Assembly: GCF_902713615.1 (NCBI RefSeq)
Contig: NC_052157.1
Span: 60,724,146 to 60,788,145 of the forward strand
Direction: 5' to 3'
DNA from: Scyliorhinus canicula
Lineage: Eukaryota
DNA length: 64,000 nt
The translations under genes and the position numbers were made by a program. This document shows, piece after piece, positions 61,747 to 64,000 of the stretch; the first letter of the stretch is position 1, and every line of letters begins with the position of its first letter. Under the pieces are notes generated by a model. That model saw only the letters and a list, made by a program, of their open reading frames with translations, was not told the DNA's origin and ran no database searches.

Positions 61747-63926
61747 CTATGCGAAACTCTGATGGTTCACCGGCCCTTGAAACATCGGGATGCTGTTCGG
61801 CGACCCTTGGCTCAGCTGTTGGCCTGCCTGTTGCTGGTTTTCTCCCTGTCTGGTGGAACTCCGCGGGCAATTCCTTTTTATGTGCCCTGTCTCCCCGCAC
61901 CCCCAACACACACCTGGAGGGCCAGGCAGTGGTCCCTGTCTCGGAGTCTGATAATTAGCCTGTCCCTGCCCTCTCTGATTCTGAAAGGGTGGCCTACCCC
62001 CTCCCTGTCCTTTCCCATTTTTATTCCAGTCAGTCTGATTTTGCAGGGCGTACGGATTTTGATAATTTAGGCCATGGGCTTGTGGGTTTATGGACAGTGG
62101 GAAGGCAGAAATGTTATAGGTTACGATGGGCTGGCCTCCATCTCCGCTCCCCCCTATTGTTAGTGCAGGTATTTCCCCCGACTTTTGCTCCACCACCATC
62201 GGTGCTATTTTTCTGGGTGTGAGATCTTCTTTTGCCTTTAGCTTATCCTTGTTTTTGATCTCCTCCAATTGTGCCTGAAGGAGTTTACGTTGTATCTCCT
62301 TCAGCTGTTTGTCTGCATTCTTTTCATCTTTGCGATGTCTTTCTACTGCATGGGCAACATAATCCACAAACTCCTGGTAGCTTTTTGAGTCCAAGCCCAC
62401 CACATCCTCCAGTCTTGTCTTAGCTGAGACTGGCAGGCCCTCTAGAATTGCAGCCCGGAACATGGAGTTGGTCAGCGGGTCTGTTAGAATGTCCCTCTCC
62501 GTGTCCCTTCTCCACCTTTTTAATTGATTTTCCACATACACAGCTGCATTCTCCTCCTCACCCAATGGCTCTCCCCTTAGGGTTTTTACATCCATTCGAT
62601 TGGGGTACATATTCCTCAGTGCCTGCCAGATGTCTTGTCGGTACATGTCCATTAGTGTCCCATCTACCTCTGGGTCATAAGCTGCGGTCGGGATGCCGGC
62701 ACGTCTCATTACTTCTGCCATTTGGTCCATTCCTAGCACCTTTGTCAGGAGAGCTTTGATGTCACCCAGTGCCATCCTTTTTCCCACCATTCCTGCCTCC
62801 AACTGTCCAATCCACCTTCCAGCTCCTTCCAAAATATTGGGTAATTCATTAATTAGATTAGGCAAATCCTGACCTGACCAAGGGATATACTGCGGTCTGC
62901 CACCCTTCAGAATCACCGGGAACATCTTATTCCCTCTTTTCTCCCTATCTGGAAACTTTACAGTTTGGTGTCTTACCCGTGTCGATTTTCTTTGTTCCCC
63001 TAACACTGATTGTCCCCCTTCGTCGTCACTACTTTCTTCTGTCTCTCCTTCCATCTCTCCCTCGATTCTCTCTGGGTACTTCCACCTCCATGCTTTCCCC
63101 ACTTCTCGTCTGTCTGCCTCTTTGTGCCCTTGCCAACATGTTTCCTTTATGCTTCTTTTTCTTTCTCTTTCCTCTCTGCTGGCTTCGACTCTCTTTTCTT
63201 TATTTTTCCCTGTGACGCCTTACTTTCACCCTCGCAAGGATCATGACTTGTTTTCCACTCACATTTTCTTCTACCATTCTTTTCTTCCTCGTCTCGTTCC
63301 TTTTCCTTTTTCATTACCGTCTTTACCCATTCCAAAATGTCTATTACATTTACTTCTTCCTCCAACTGCTTTCTCCTTTGGTTTAACTCATTCAACTCCT
63401 CTTCTGTTTTCTTAGCCTCTTCCTCTACACCTTGTTTCTTTTCTAACTCCCTTTGTGCCCATTCCTCCTTCGTCCCCTTTTCTGTGTCAAATACTCCCTC
63501 AAAATTCATCGTGCCTGATATAACTGGGTACAGTCCCGTGGAACCCTGTTCCTCTGAGTATGGGGGCGGGGCTACATTTGGATCTTCCAATTTTGCTTTT
63601 TCCTGAAGTTGCACTGGCATTTGCATCCATACTTCCCTCCATGCCCTTCTCCTTTCTCTCCCTTCCTTTTCAAACAATGCCAGTATCTCTAGTTCTTTTT
63701 CTCGCTTCTCCTTTCTTTTCTTAGATTTATCTTTTATTTTATAGTTCTTTATTATTCCCTTCTGGTCCTCACACCTCTCTACGCACCATGTGCCTTCCTC
63801 CGGCCACTGTGTATTAGTTTTACTTGTTCTTTTGGCCCATTTTTCAGAGACGTGTTCTATATCTCCCCTGAGGGCTGGGAACTTATCCCCTAATGTTTCC
63901 ACTGGTGTTTTACCTTTGTGTGCCAT
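61747..63926 (-). pseudogene. gag: ERV Gag in two overlapping frames (63147-63926 and 61747-~63220)
   Basis: WPEEGTW matrix motif, PPPY late domain, charged coiled coil, capsid, CWGCGETGHIKRNC knuckle. Confidence 0.85.
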
Positions 63927-64000
63927 TACTCGTCTTTTTGGATTACTGTCACAATTTTTATCACTTAATCCGTCAGAGTTAGGTATCACAGTGATTATTA

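Larger units (their letters stand above)
55206..64000 (-). mobile_element. Endogenous retrovirus, epsilon/gamma-like (class I); 3' LTR missing, 5' LTR beyond the window
   Basis: gag-(UAG)-pro-pol-env order; YVDD RT; single CCHC; gamma-type Env. Confidence 0.93.

Overview
Eukaryotic, repeat-dominated vertebrate DNA. The SINE, CR1 and L1 content points to a cartilaginous fish, probably a catshark-like shark (inference). One host gene is reconstructable on the minus strand (14394-39557): a B7/butyrophilin-like single-IgV type I membrane protein of about 198 aa. It has a tandemly duplicated 39-bp stalk exon, each copy followed by a stop-containing acceptor that could give soluble isoforms, and a 43-bp VNTR just upstream of its first exon. 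The rest is nested mobile DNA: L1/Tx1, CR1 and RTE LINEs, tRNA-derived SINEs, Harbinger-type MITEs, a full-length Tigger/pogo transposon, three related Gypsy elements, many solo LTRs, an LTR element with a tRNA-Arg PBS, and a largely intact epsilon-like endogenous retrovirus (55206 to window end, minus strand). Top leads: a 2H-phosphoesterase-like domain between protease and RT of the ERV, with an open pol and env; a Gypsy element whose PBS pairs with its own LTR (apparent self-priming); and the architecture of the B7-like gene. All coordinates and alignments were read by eye.
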